A DNA stretch of 64,000 nucleotides. Origin: Felis catus (taxonomy: Eukaryota). The stretch is taken from assembly GCF_018350175.1 (NCBI RefSeq), contig NC_058368.1:204416001-204480000 (forward strand), in the 5' to 3' direction. Below are positions 50,441 to 62,352 of the stretch, one piece after another; position 1 is the stretch's first letter, and each line of letters begins with the position of its first letter. The translations under genes were made by a program, and so were the position numbers. The notes beneath the pieces were generated by a model. It made no database searches and was not told the origin of the DNA. It saw nothing but the letters and a program-made list of their open reading frames with translations.

Positions 50441-51898
50441 AAGACTGCCCTTGTGAGCCAAAGTGGAAGACACAATGGGTCTAGAAGCTTTATGAAAATG
50501 CCCTTGTGTCCCTGACCTTTCTGGATGAATGGTCTGGGTAAGAGGAATGGATGACTGGAAAAGAATGAGGTTATAGCTACCAGAATGTAACACAATGATT
50601 CTGTGGAGGTGAAGAGAGAGCAACAATCCTGGCACCTGAGGAGACTTGTCCTTCTCTTATCCTTTCAAACTGCCCCCACAGCCTTCCTTGGGTAGGAAAA
50701 TGCTCTGATGCAGTTCTCTCCATCTGTTGCAAGCCAACGTTTAAACTGACTGCTAGATCTGCCCTCCCCTGCCAGATGACTCGGACCATGATTTGACGAT
50801 CATCTCCCTTAACTTTACCAAGAAGTCTTCTGCAAACAGCAGGGGATGGGCAAGTTCCTGCATGTTCCATGCAAAAACAAGTATTTGCCCCACTACCATT
50901 CCCAAAGCTGAGGCTCAGTTCATGAGATGGATAATTAATTACCACTCAGGTAATTAACTCAGGTGTTGACCACCTTTAGACAATCCCTTCTAAAAACAAG
51001 GACCAGATTCAATCACGGAAAGGGGAAAGCCACATTTGAGGCCTGTGTCCCTGACTGATGAAGGTCCTACTGGGCGCAAACAACTGTAAACACCACTTTC
51101 TTTCCAACCTATCTATAATCCCTTAGGACCATACTTCTCATGTGCAAGCCAGGTACTAACTTCTTTCCCTCTCTAAAGTATGATGACCTGCACTTCAGGA
51201 GTGGGTAGAAGAGACCATCCTGTTTAAACAAAACACCACCAGTAGATCAGTTTAGTTCTCAGATGACTGCAGAGATCTCCCCAAAACGAGGCAACTTTTG
51301 GTTATTTGGGGGAGCTTCCTGGAGGAATAACTGACTTGTTATTTATGTGTGCTCCACGCATAGTTTTCTCAACAATGCGAACCATCTAAATAAAAAAGTG
51401 GCACAAAATTTGTGCCTGACGTGAGCCTATGTAATCAAGGACACCACTTGGGCCCTGGAAGGCATTCATGTCAGCTTCAAATCACTGGCCAGGGTTATTA
51501 TGGATAGACTTGCCCTAGACCTCCTCCCTGTGGGCCAATGAGGGACTGTGCAAGTGCTAAAAGATCTTGCTATACTTGGATTAATGCTTAGGGCTAAGTG
51601 AAAAAGGTCACTTTTCACTTAGGGCTAAAGAATAAAGCTACCTGGCTTTCTAGGAATTTGTTCAGCTGGCTGAGTCTAGGACCTTAGGAAAATGGGTGGA
51701 TGGGTAAGCTCAGTGGTGCAGGGTGGCCACATCCTGCTGCTTCAAGTTCTGTTTATAGTTGCCTTCATTAAATCCAGTGTGAAAAAAATTCAATGGATTA
51801 GGACCCAGTCCCTATTGGTCAGATTAATCAGAGTGGTCAGAGTAGTGTGCTCATGGAACAATTTACCAGAAGCTAAAATAATATAGAAACAAGGATAT

Positions 51899-52364
51899 TG
51901 TTGGAAGATAGTTATGGATCCCTCATGTTTCTGCATGTCTTGTAAACAGACACTGATAGCCTTTTGTTCTGGATCTTTTCAATGCTGCCTGTATAGCAAA
52001 TAGCCTTAGAAGAGAGAACTGGTCTTCCCCCAAGTGGGGGACAGGTGCATCTATAGCTCATTATAAAAGATTTGGGTTTCCTACAGCTCAGTGTTCCTCA
52101 AATGTGATGCAAACCACTGTGAGTACAGCACACACCTAGGCCACCCTGTCACCCCCATGGGACTTGCATGTGGGCTAAGGAGGATAAGAAAAATTGATGT
52201 GAACGTGAGAGTTCATGCTGCTCCTTATGCTGTGAGAGAAATGAAGTCCTTTTTTCTCTGACTCAGGAGTCTCCTGTCTTCTGTCAGCATTCAAAAAACA
52301 GTGGCAGGACAATTTATTAGTTTGCAAATAGGGTAAAATCCCAGACCCTTCACAGTTCTTGACA
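51899..52364 (+). mobile_element. 3' LTR of the class III provirus (LTR40-like)
   Basis: TG...CA ends; ctcatgtttctgcat...ttttgttctgga...aaatagggtaaaatcccaga...cacagttcttgaca. Confidence 0.8.
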
Positions 52365-53109
52365 ATAAACCCAATTTAAAAATGGGCAAAAGATCTGAAC
52401 AGACACCTTGCCAAAGAAGATAAGCACACGAAGTAACGTTCATCATTAGTTGTAAGGGAAATGCAACTAAAACCACTACACACCTACATCAGCCAGCTAA
52501 AATGAAAAGGCCTGATCATGTCAAGTATCAGCAGGGCTGTGGAGCAACAGGAACTCTCATACACTTCAATTTGGAATACAAAATGGCACAACAATTTGGA
52601 AAGCAGTTTAGCGGTTTCTTCAAAAAAAATTAAAAACATCTATCATACAACCCAGCTATTCCACTCCTAGGTATTTACTGAGAAATGAAAGCACAGCCAC
52701 TTTATTTGTAAAAGGTGGAACCCTAAATGTCCACCAACAGGTGGTATAGCCATACAAGGGAACACTACTCAGCAATAAAAGGTAATGAAATAGTAATACC
52801 CACGACAACACTGACAAATCTCTAAAACATAATGCTAAGTGAAAAAAGTCAACCAGAAACTACACTGTAGGAATCCATTTATATGACATCCCAGATAAAA
52901 CTACAGTGATAAAAATCAAAGCAGTGGATAACTGAAGCTGGGGATTAGGGCTGACTAGACAGTCATGAGAAACTCAGAATGATGGAAACGTTCCTATGTC
53001 TTGATTATGGTGGTGATTACACCACTGTATACAAACGCCAAAATTCAAACTCTATCCTAACTGGGTGAATTGTTTGACATGTAAATTACACTTCAATAGG
53101 CTGGTGAGG
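52365..53109 (+). mobile_element. Old L1 (L1M) ORF2 end and 3' UTR, right part
   Basis: aacccaatttaaaaatgggcaaaagatctgaacagacac...; whole element bounded by TSD aaaaatctgtaagg 44331-44344 / aaaaatctataagg 53110-53123. Confidence 0.8.
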
Positions 53110-54299
53110 AAAAATCTATAAGGCAACTGCTGCTCCCTAACAAGTATCAGGAAGCTTCTCATACACAGCTTTAAATACACAATACAATTCTAGCAAAGCA
53201 AAATAAGTCCCTAATATTTTCCTCAGTGTCATTCAAAAAGTTGACACCGTATGCCAAAAATACTTGCATAATGCGAATGTGAGAAGAGCACTTATTTCAC
53301 CTTCTGTATCCACAAAACAATTATACAATAATCTTCTCAGTATAGAATTGCCTTAACCAGTCAATTTAACCACAACTAAATTAATTTTTATTCCTTAATT
53401 GCATTATCGTAACAGCCAACATGTAATGCTGCTTGCTGTCTTCTTGTCTTTAAAGAACTCTTCAGAGGACGCTGCATGCCTAACTGCTTCAAGAAACAAT
53501 TCAGTATGTTACTGTATTTACATTGAAAAGCATTCACTGATGGTTGTAATTACTTATAAGGATCCCACTCTTATAATAATAAATCTTCCCAAAGTTTCTA
53601 AATAGGCCTGGGAAAAGAGCCATGCCCAGTTGTTCTTACCTTCATCTCACAGTGACTATACACAATGAACTCAAGTCCTAACTCTCCCGAATCCAACCTA
53701 GGCTGTCAGAATGTGTTCCACTGTTCTGCTGCCAAGGACTTTCCCCACAGCTGGATACTAACTTACTAGTATGAGCAGCAAGGAGAACTACACAGATAGA
53801 ACACTTTTTCAGTAGATTCTCAGCCAGGATTTAACCACATCTGATGTTGCCCTATCTGTATTATATTCCCTTTCTACTTTCATTCTGAAAAGGTATGACA
53901 TCAGGTACTATCTTCAACATACCTCTATTTTGCTACCCAGGTCTCAGCTCTCTCTGCAGGAGTGTTGACCTGGTTTTAACTGGTATGCACCCACCCATCC
54001 ATTCACAAATGTGCACACACATACTATGTGCCAGGCACTAGGCATTAGAGAATACATACATACCAAGCTCGTGGTTTAATCTTGAACTGTCATCAAACTA
54101 ATTACAAGTTCATTAGGAGAAATGGTACTTATGGATAATTATAATTCAATTTCTTAGAATTATTCTAATTTGCATCTTTTGACTAAACCATACCAATAAG
54201 TTGGACTAAATTATTTTGCCCCACATGCAAATGGATTTTACCAAACTGCACTTTAGTGTTACGCCAATGACATCACAAGAAACACAGCCGGGAGCTATT

Positions 54300-54535
54300 A
54301 ATAACAATGCCAGTTCACATTCGGAGTACCTTATACCAGACACCATGCTGAGCATTTTACATGCATTAATTCATTTAATGCCCATAAATAATCCTGTGTA
54401 GAAAGTACCACTATTACCCCCTTTGACAGATAAGGAAACTGAGGTGCTGACAAGTTGAGTAACTTCATTACGTAGTAGAGAGCTAGGCTATTACCCAGGC
54501 AGCCTGACTCCAGAACTCTTGCTCTCAGTCACTGT
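54300..54535. mobile_element. MIR
   Basis: acagataaggaaactgagg...cccaggcagcctgactccaga. Confidence 0.75.
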
Positions 54536-54564
54536 ATTTATTTTTATTTTGTTAACATATGCAT

Positions 54565-54750
54565 TATCTTTATTTTAAAAAGAGACTGTGTGTACACATG
54601 TGCATGAGCAGGGGTGGGGCAGAGAACATCCTAAGCAGATTCCACGCTCAGCACGGAGCCCCAAGAGGGGTTTGATCTCACAAATGCGAGATCACAACCT
54701 GACCAGTATCAAGAGTCGGATGCATAACCGTCTAAGCCACTCAGGCACCC
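54565..54750 (-). mobile_element. Can-SINE (older)
   Basis: ...aagagtcggatgcataaccgtctaagccactcaggcaccc; flanks gtcactgt. Confidence 0.8.
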
Positions 54751-55434
54751 TGGTCACTGTTATATTGCCACTGTTTGTTATGCAAGATGTTGAGTCTTTG
54801 TTATGTCATTTAATGTTTTCTTAATACTTTCTGAGAAATTTTGTGTCTTAATGCCAGGAATGGCTCCAAAGCAACTGATTTGTTCTCATAGCCATGAGTA
54901 ATGTAACTTAAGGTTTTTCTTTCCTTTTTCTTTCCATTAGGTGCTTCAGAATTCAGAGCTAGATTCAGCCCACCTAGCAAGTATATAGACTTGAATGCCA
55001 TGCATATTGGCTACTGTATTTCTAACTTCACTGATTATCACCTCATGTGGCCTATTCATCTTCATCCATTTCCTCACTATTTTTAAACAGGACTATGTTA
55101 ATCTTTGTAAGCCAAATTCTTTTTAGAATAAAGCTTGGTACAATTAACAACTCAAACCCAACAAAACAACTCCTTAAAAAGCTGCCTAGTCTTCCCGATT
55201 TTATTAGATACAAAAGATGCCACTTTAATTACCCTTAGCAGTTTTTACAGAAGGACAAGAAATCAAGTGTGAGAGAAAGAGCAATCAGTATCCAGAATTT
55301 TATAGATCCTTAAATATTCTTAATTTCAAAATGTCAATCCTTTATGGCATAACACATACAATAAATTCTTGACTAATAGGATGTACATGACTGAACAGAA
55401 CTATCTGTGCATCACTAAGAAAATAAGTAATTAC

Positions 55435-55579
55435 CTGACTTCAAGGGCTTTGATAGCTTCTAGCATTTGTAGAAACTCTGCTGCTTTCCATACATCATTG
55501 GCTTCTTCTTCTCCTTGTATCATTAATTTTGCTGTGTATGTGAATTCAATTAAATGACGGAAGGCCATTTTACTAACAC
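55435..55579 (-). CDS. ZNF131: ZNF131 coding exon 3 (end of BTB domain)
   Basis: (G)VSKMAFRHLIEFTYTAKLMIQGEEEANDVWKAAEFLQMLEAIKALEV-R, within ORF 55431..55616; acceptor ttttttgacag, donor CAG|GTAATT; 145 nt. Confidence 0.96.
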
Positions 55580-56537
55580 CTGTCAAAAAAAGATGTGCAT
55601 TAGCACGTTTGCCCATTGATTCAAAACTTCTAACATTTAGTAAAGAAAAAAAAAAAAAAAAGCTCAGTGTTCAAAACCTGATTAGTATCTGAATTTCAGA
55701 AAATTATTTCCTGGTGGAATTCTCATTAACAGTGCAGTAATACTATAGCCAAAGTTCCTACCAAACTACTTTAAGATCTTTCCCAAAGGTTTCCTAATAC
55801 TCTTATGAATAGTAAAATCTATCACTTAAATACATGAATTGGCTAACTATTACATGTCAGACATGCTATGTTTCTTGCCAGGGATCACTACATCAACTCA
55901 GCTCCAAATCTTCAAGGGCTTTCCACAGCTCAACAAAAAAGTTCCAAACCAGTCTGCCTTTATTTCAAGGTACTTCACGTTATTTTTCTATTTACCACTA
56001 TTTTCCCTTCCAAATTTTAAACTGTATCAATCCCATACTATATACTGATCTTTAAACAAACCCTTCACTTCTAAGTTTCCTTGCCTTAACACTCACCTTC
56101 CTTAATGAATGCTCAATTTGTATCTGAATAAGTCCTATCACCCTTGAAGGCCCAATTCTAATGCCACACCCTTAATGAAACTTTCTAATACTTCCCCCAG
56201 GCTGAACTCTGTACCTGTTCTGGTAATTAAAACCCATGGGCATCTCTGGACTCTAAGTTACACGAGGGAAATGATTTTTGTCTCTGTACACTCACCTCCC
56301 AGTATCTAAAACAATGCTCCCTAAAATGCAGACACACAAAGCAGGAGTGAATAAGGGCTAAAGTCACTTCCAAAATTAAATTTCCATGATTCCAACTTTT
56401 CTTTACAAGTTTTATGGTTAGATTTTGGCCCAAAAGGATACTCTATTTCTTTGTTCTCTTCAATGCTATATATTATTGTTTCAGTCTGCTAATGCAAGAC
56501 TACAAAAATCTATTGAAAGAAACAAATAGAAAACCAC

Positions 56538-56645
56538 TTTTATTTAAGGATTTTAAGTAATCTCTACACTCAAAGTGGGGGGTTGAACCTATAACCCCAA
56601 GATCAAAAGTCACATGCTCAACCGACTGAGCCAGCCAGGCACTCC
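56538..56645 (-). mobile_element. Short Can-SINE variant
   Basis: ttttaagtaatctctacac...caaccgactgagccagccaggcactcc. Confidence 0.8.
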
Positions 56646-56958
56646 AAGAGAAAGCTACTTTCAACACTGAATTTTTACACTAAGAAATGCCCAAGTCTAA
56701 ACTGCACACAATTTGCATAACTGCAAATACAAAAATACTTTTATTTTCTTCCTATACACTTTATATACCTGAATAAGCAATCTAAAAATGACTGGATTCT
56801 TTTCAGGTTGCTTTTATTTGGGTCTCCCCTAAATCTTTGTTTTCCTATTGTCTTTTCACCATGGTATTCATTATTATATGAGAGTAGCCTGAGGTACAGA
56901 TAACTAAATTTAAGGAGTTTTAATCAAATGTTTAAAAGTATAACAAAACACCTTTGTT

Positions 56959-57158
56959 GGGGTGCCTGGGTAGCTCAGTCGTTTAAGTGTCTGACTCTTG
57001 ATCTCAGCTCAGGATATGATCTCACCGTTCATGAGTTTGAGCCTCACGCTGGGCTATGTGCTGACAGGTCAGAGCCTGGAACCTGCTTTGGATTCTGTGT
57101 CTCCCTCTCTCTCTGTCCCTCCCCTTCTCAAAAATAAACATTAAAAAAACTTTTTTAA
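56959..57158 (+). mobile_element. Can-SINE
   Basis: Typical head, body and tail. Confidence 0.9.
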
Positions 57159-57409
57159 ATGTGTATTTTTCTCGAAATGGAATGACACATATAATACTAC
57201 AAATACCAGGCATGACTCTAAACACGTCACAAGTATTAACTCCATCCTCATATCAGTCCTATGGAGAACTTACTATAATAATCCCCATTTCACAGACAGG
57301 AAAACTGAGGCACACAGAAGTTAATAACTGTGACTTTGGCAAGTTACTGAAGAGATGAAACTAGAATCAAACACAGATGGCTCGACTCTTAAGCCCAACA
57401 TAAGATTTT

Positions 57410-57602
57410 TTTTTAAATAATGTTTATTTATTTTTGGGAGAGAGAGCAGAGGCAGAGAGAGAGGGAGACAAAGAATCTGAAGCAGGCTCCAGGCTCTGAG
57501 CTGTCAGCACAGAGCCCCACGCAGGGCTCAAACTCACAAACCGTGACATCATGACCTGAGCCGAAGTCAGATGCTTAACCAACTGAGCCACCCACGTGCC
57601 CC
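57410..57602 (-). mobile_element. Can-SINE at the end of a MIR (about 57180-57400)
   Basis: TSD caacataagattttt / caacataagagtttt. Confidence 0.92.
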
Positions 57603-58469
57603 CAACATAAGAGTTTTAAATAAGATGATGGCAGGAAACACTCCTGCTTGGAAGAGTTTGAATATCCACAGCTTAATTCACTACAGGCCCACAATCTCTT
57701 ATTCACAATTCCAAAGTCCCCCAAATCTCTTAAGACCAGAAGTTTTCCCATTAATTTGGCAGCAATATTTGATCTGAATGGACAGGTTATTCAGGCTATT
57801 TTTAGTCTTTATCCCACTTAGAGTAAATATTAATATGCTACTCTGCTGAAGTATTATTTGGTTATAGAATGTCACCCCCCTAGACCCCACTGGGAGTATA
57901 ATGTACTACACAGACTGCATTATCTTTAGAAAATTTGTAATTTCAAGAAACATCTGGCCTCCAAGGATTTGAATAAGGAATTACAGACTTAGTTCCCAAT
58001 TTTGGTTAATTAGAATCATCGCAGACTTAAAGCATGGGTCTCCGATCCTTAGAATCAAAACCGGGATAGGAAACTTTTTTTTTTTTTTATAAGCACCTTA
58101 GGTGCTTAAGTCGCCAGTCCAGCACTAGTCCTAGGAATAAACTACTGACCTAATTAGCTAACATGGACCAAACGGCTAACATGTGCCCAGGGAAGTGATG
58201 TGGTGACAGATGATGCACAGCTGCGAAAACACTTGGTTCTCTATCAGGACTACTTTGGTAACTTCCAAATCTCAGTCTACTTCACTAATCCCTTGCTCCT
58301 TTCATAACAGAAGTGGGCAAGAGAATATAGCCTTTCTGAGTTATCTAAGGAAACTGTTAATATGAACACCTTAGCCTGAATCTTCTTTTTTTCCCTTAGG
58401 AAGAAGCAAAACAGGGCAGCATTCTAGACATATAGAGGTCATTATTCATATTTTACGGAGGGAGGTTAA

Positions 58470-59450
58470 AATTATAACTAAGATGGAGAAAGCACACTCC
58501 ACCCTATCTTGTCCACTGATTACAATTTAAAATCCTGGGCAGAATACATAAGGACTCTGAAACATAAATAGAAACAAGCAGGCTGGGGACAGAAATCAAA
58601 ACTCAAAAGAGCAGCAGTGAGTTTCCTGGTTTTTATTTTTCCTCTCACATATCCCAGCTTACACTTGAAGACAGCCCAAATCCTGTAACTGTGTAGCAGG
58701 TACAGAAGAAAACTCTGGCTAGAGAATCAGGAAAGGGAACAGAGAGTACATGTGGGGGGGGGGGGGGGGGGGGGCGGGGATACTTGGATTTATTCCTCTC
58801 AGCCCTGCCTCAAGGCAAGTCCCAGTTCTGATGCTGCACACCTGTGGCTGGTGGCCGCCAAGCAGACACTATTTCTTAGAAAAGGTTCTTCTTTCTGACA
58901 GAAAACTAGCAATGATCTCCAAGAACATGGAGAGAATTTTTTTTCCCCCCTTTTATCACTTTGTCTAGAAAATGGATCCCACTACAGGAAGTCTATGTCA
59001 GCACAGGGAAGCTAAAAATCCCAGTTTTCCAGCCACAGGATCAGGAAAAGTTGCCCCGAGGAGCTAAAGTACAGAAGTCAGAAGAGGGAGCTAGAGAAAG
59101 GTCCTTGTGAATGCAGCCTAGCACTAGCCACTGAGCTACACATGTGGAACTGACCTGAGGCAGCACAGTAAAGGGTCTGAGACCTGCACTATGATGTGGA
59201 CCCAGGCTGGCACACCTGGCACCCGAGCAGCACAACAAAGGTTTTGAAAAATAAACTGGCATTGCATCCACAGCCCACATAAGCCCAGACTGAACCTAAA
59301 CCAGGCTGACTGCCTGCTAAAAACAAAACCAAATCAAAACAACGACAGCAGCATTCTCCAGAGGATTTTAACAGCACAGCATGTCATAACATTAAAATGT
59401 CCGTGACATAGTGAAAACTTACTTGACATATCTCACAGATACGAAAAAGA
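58470..59450 (+). mobile_element. Ancient L1M 5' region fragment
   Basis: aagatgga...aaatcctgg...ctgaacctaaaccaggctgactgcctgctaaaaacaaaa...cataacattaaaatgtcc resembles old L1 5' ends. Confidence 0.55.
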
Positions 59451-59611
59451 AAAGCCAACACGTCCAAGGTTATATAACTGACAAAACAGTGAAGCCAGGA
59501 CTACAAGACAAGTTGTCTAATGACATGTCCAGGGCTTTCTTTATAGCCAAGTGACCTAGACAGATTGTACAGTGATCCTGAAGTTAAGGACTTAAGAAAA
59601 CATTGAGCCAA

Positions 59612-59833
59612 GGGGTGCATGGGTGGGTCAGTCAGTTGAGTGTCCAACTTCGACTCAGGTCATGATCTTGCAGTTTGTGAGTTCAAGCCCCACTTTGGGT
59701 TCTGTGCTGACAGCTCAGAGCCTGGAGCCTGCTTCGTACTCTGTGTCTCCTCTCTCTGCCCCTCCCATGCTCATGCCCTGTCTCTCAATAATAAATAAAT
59801 GTTAAAAAAAATAAAAAAATAAAAAAAGAAAGA
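59612..59833 (+). mobile_element. Can-SINE (tandem copy 1)
   Basis: Flanked by aagaaaacattgagccaa / aagaaaacactaagccaa. Confidence 0.92.
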
Positions 59834-59851
59834 AAGAAAACACTAAGCCAA

Positions 59852-60101
59852 GGGGTTCCTGGGTGGCTCAGTTAAGCGTCCAACTCTTGATTTCAGCTTG
59901 GGTCATGATCTTGTGGCCCATGAGTTTGAGCCCCACTTCAGGCTCCTCACTGACAGTGTGGAGCCTGCTTGAGATTCTTTCTCTCCTTTTCTCTCTGCCC
60001 TTCCCCTGCTCACATGCGCGTGTGCATGTGCTCTCTCTCAAAGATGAATAAAAACATTAAAAACAATTTTTTAATAAAAAAAAAAACACCAAAAGAAAAA
60101 C
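59852..60101 (+). mobile_element. Can-SINE (tandem copy 2)
   Basis: Flanked by aagaaaacactaagccaa / aaaaacacactgagccaa. Confidence 0.9.
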
Positions 60102-61091
60102 AAAAACACACTGAGCCAAATTGATTCTTTAAACCTGAACCTGGCAAATAACAAAAACAGAAAATGTTCTTACACTTTCTCATTTGTCATGTTAAGTACT
60201 GAAGGCTCGTATGTGCTATCCTATAATGAAGGTGGCAGGTCAGAGGTACTAAGAAGTACAAGAGAATCTCAAGGTGATTAGTCCCCAGAAGAAAAGACCC
60301 TACTTCTCCAGGTATATTCCTTGTTCCAAAAGCAATGCATATTCTAGACTGGGCCACTTATTTGCTTAAAAAGCAGAAGTCAGCTCCTCTTTGAAATCTT
60401 TATCTCACCAAGGTAGACTAAACCACTCGTCCTCCCTCCTTGGCGACACCATTCCACAATAAAAGTCTCTGCAACACTCTTTGCTCTCTTTTCTGCATCT
60501 GTTGCTCATCTGTGATTAAATTTGCAAATTCTTTAAAGTCTGTCTCATTCATCAATTTTCACTTCCTGGGTCCAGTACAGTACATAACACATAATAAGTA
60601 TTAATTCTGACAAACAGTCCCAATTTATTAAACTTTGACAATGTACCAAACACTATGCTCAGCGCTCTGCACATGTTACTTCAAGTAATTGTGACAAGCC
60701 TATAAAGAAATGAGGAATTTTCAGATGAAAATTTTATTCCTCTCAGCCCTGCCTCAAGGCAAGCTGTCTATGCAACTAAGGTAAAGTAACCTGCCTGGCG
60801 TCACAAAGTACCTCAGGTAAATAAATGGATGAAATCTTGCCCTGTAACAGAAACTAATACCGTATAGGCAGCTAGATTCTCACTTTAGTAAGCTTCGTGG
60901 ATTTCCATTATGCCTGTGGCTGTCCATCACAGATAATGAAAAGATTATCTATGGATGTATCAGCCAGAATGCTAAACTGGAATGTAAAGCCACCTCCCCA
61001 AAACGAATATGTTTAAGTTTTCACATTTTCTTTACTCCCCAGGGCACCAAATTTTCCCAAGGGAACAGTGTTTCTAGGCAACTCATTCATA

Positions 61092-61093
<2 letters not shown>

Positions 61094-61142
<49 letters not shown>
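61094..61142. repeat. (CA)n microsatellite
   Basis: About 24 perfect AC units. Confidence 0.97.
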
Positions 61143-61144
<2 letters not shown>

Positions 61145-61993
61145 GAAGATGATACAAAACCAAAGCTCAAGAACACTGGAAAAGCTAAAGTTCTGTATTT
61201 ATGTAGACAAGTATTTCCTATAGTTTTGGATGGTGGGGAGGGGTAAGTAATGTCATATCAAAAGACAAAAGCATGGTAATTAATACACAAAGTGAATCCC
61301 TTACTAGCTGGGCAACACTGAGCAAGTAACCATTTGGAGCCTGTTCCCTGATGTATAAATTGGAAATAATACCACTTACTTCAAAGGATTGCTTTAAACC
61401 TCAGAAAATGCACCTAAATAGCAGTATAGCTAGCACTTGGGAAGCTATTATCACAAAAGTCAAACAAGTGCAAAAATCACTTTCTACTTTAAGGGTGGAT
61501 CTACTGAATGATTCCTTCCATCCCAGACTCTATATCCACTACAACTTCTGAATGCTGCTTCGGTTCATCTTTCCTAGCCTTTTCCATATCGTGGCAGCAC
61601 ACTTCATCTTGCGCATGTCGTAAGTACCTCTGCTAGTAAAGCAGCTCTACTGTAACCTGCGGCATCCCCACCAGTCTGAAACATAAGCCCACTGAACAAA
61701 ATTGGGAATTCACTTCTAATACACGTTTTCAAAAGAGTGAGCACTGGTCTCAGAAGTTGAAAAAGACTCTTTTATGAGATCAACATCTACCATCTAAAGT
61801 AAGGGTTTTCCCTGGCGGATCATTTTACCATGCACTTTACGGAAAGCAAGAATTCTCAAGTGTCAAAAGAACAATTTATTCAGTCAAGTAACAGGAACCA
61901 CTGATACCTATTTCCTACAGTATCCTGCTAAATTAACACTTCTTCATTAATTATAATGTTTGCTAAATATTGTATTTATAACAAGTATTTACC

Positions 61994-62237
61994 AGGGCAC
62001 CTGGGTAGCTCGGTTGGTTAAGCATCTTCAGGTCATGACCTCATGGGTTCGTGAGATCCAGTCCCAAGCCCTGTGTCCCCTGTCCCCTGTGTCGGGCTTG
62101 CATTGCCAGCAAGGAGGCTGCCAGGGATTCTCTCCCTCCCCTTTCTCTGCCTCTCCCTCCCCCACTTGCATGTGTGCACCCGCATGGGCCCTCTCTCCAA
62201 ATAAGTAAATTAATTAAAAAACAAACAAACAAACAAA
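61994..62237 (+). mobile_element. Can-SINE abutting a ZNF131 splice donor
   Basis: TSD aacaagtatttacc 61980-61993 / aacaagcatttacc 62238-62251. Confidence 0.9.
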
Positions 62238-62250
62238 AACAAGCATTTAC

Positions 62251-62352
62251 CTTCAATCTCCACCAAAGGTTCCTGAGTAAACTCCTGAAAGAATTTGTAG
62301 AAGAACTTACTGCAAGCAGCCAAAACAGCTTTGTGGGCCTTAAAATGGTGTC
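62251..62352 (-). CDS. ZNF131: ZNF131 coding exon 2 (BTB domain)
   Basis: (G)HHFKAHKAVLAACSKFFYKFFQEFTQEPLVEIE-G; poly-T tract plus ctag acceptor; donor AAG|GTAAAT; 102 nt, phase 1-1. Confidence 0.96.

Larger units (their letters stand above)
45271..52364 (+). mobile_element. Degenerate two-LTR class III endogenous retrovirus (ERVL; LTR40/HERVL40-like)
   Basis: Homologous LTRs at both ends; gag-like ELWLVHMRDEG near 46680; protease LDSG 47488-47499; RT GYWRQHVPH from 48094; HTPFEK..CCWALVET from 48616; RNase H *FTNGLA 48921, AELKA, IDSWAAASGLAVW; integrase LQSDN near 49660; env remnants 50700-51890; TSD ATAAC/ATAAA. Confidence 0.85.

Noticed and set aside
58090..58108. Palindrome taagcacct-t-aggtgctta
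   Set aside because: Short, inside a decayed MER5-like element; no supporting context.
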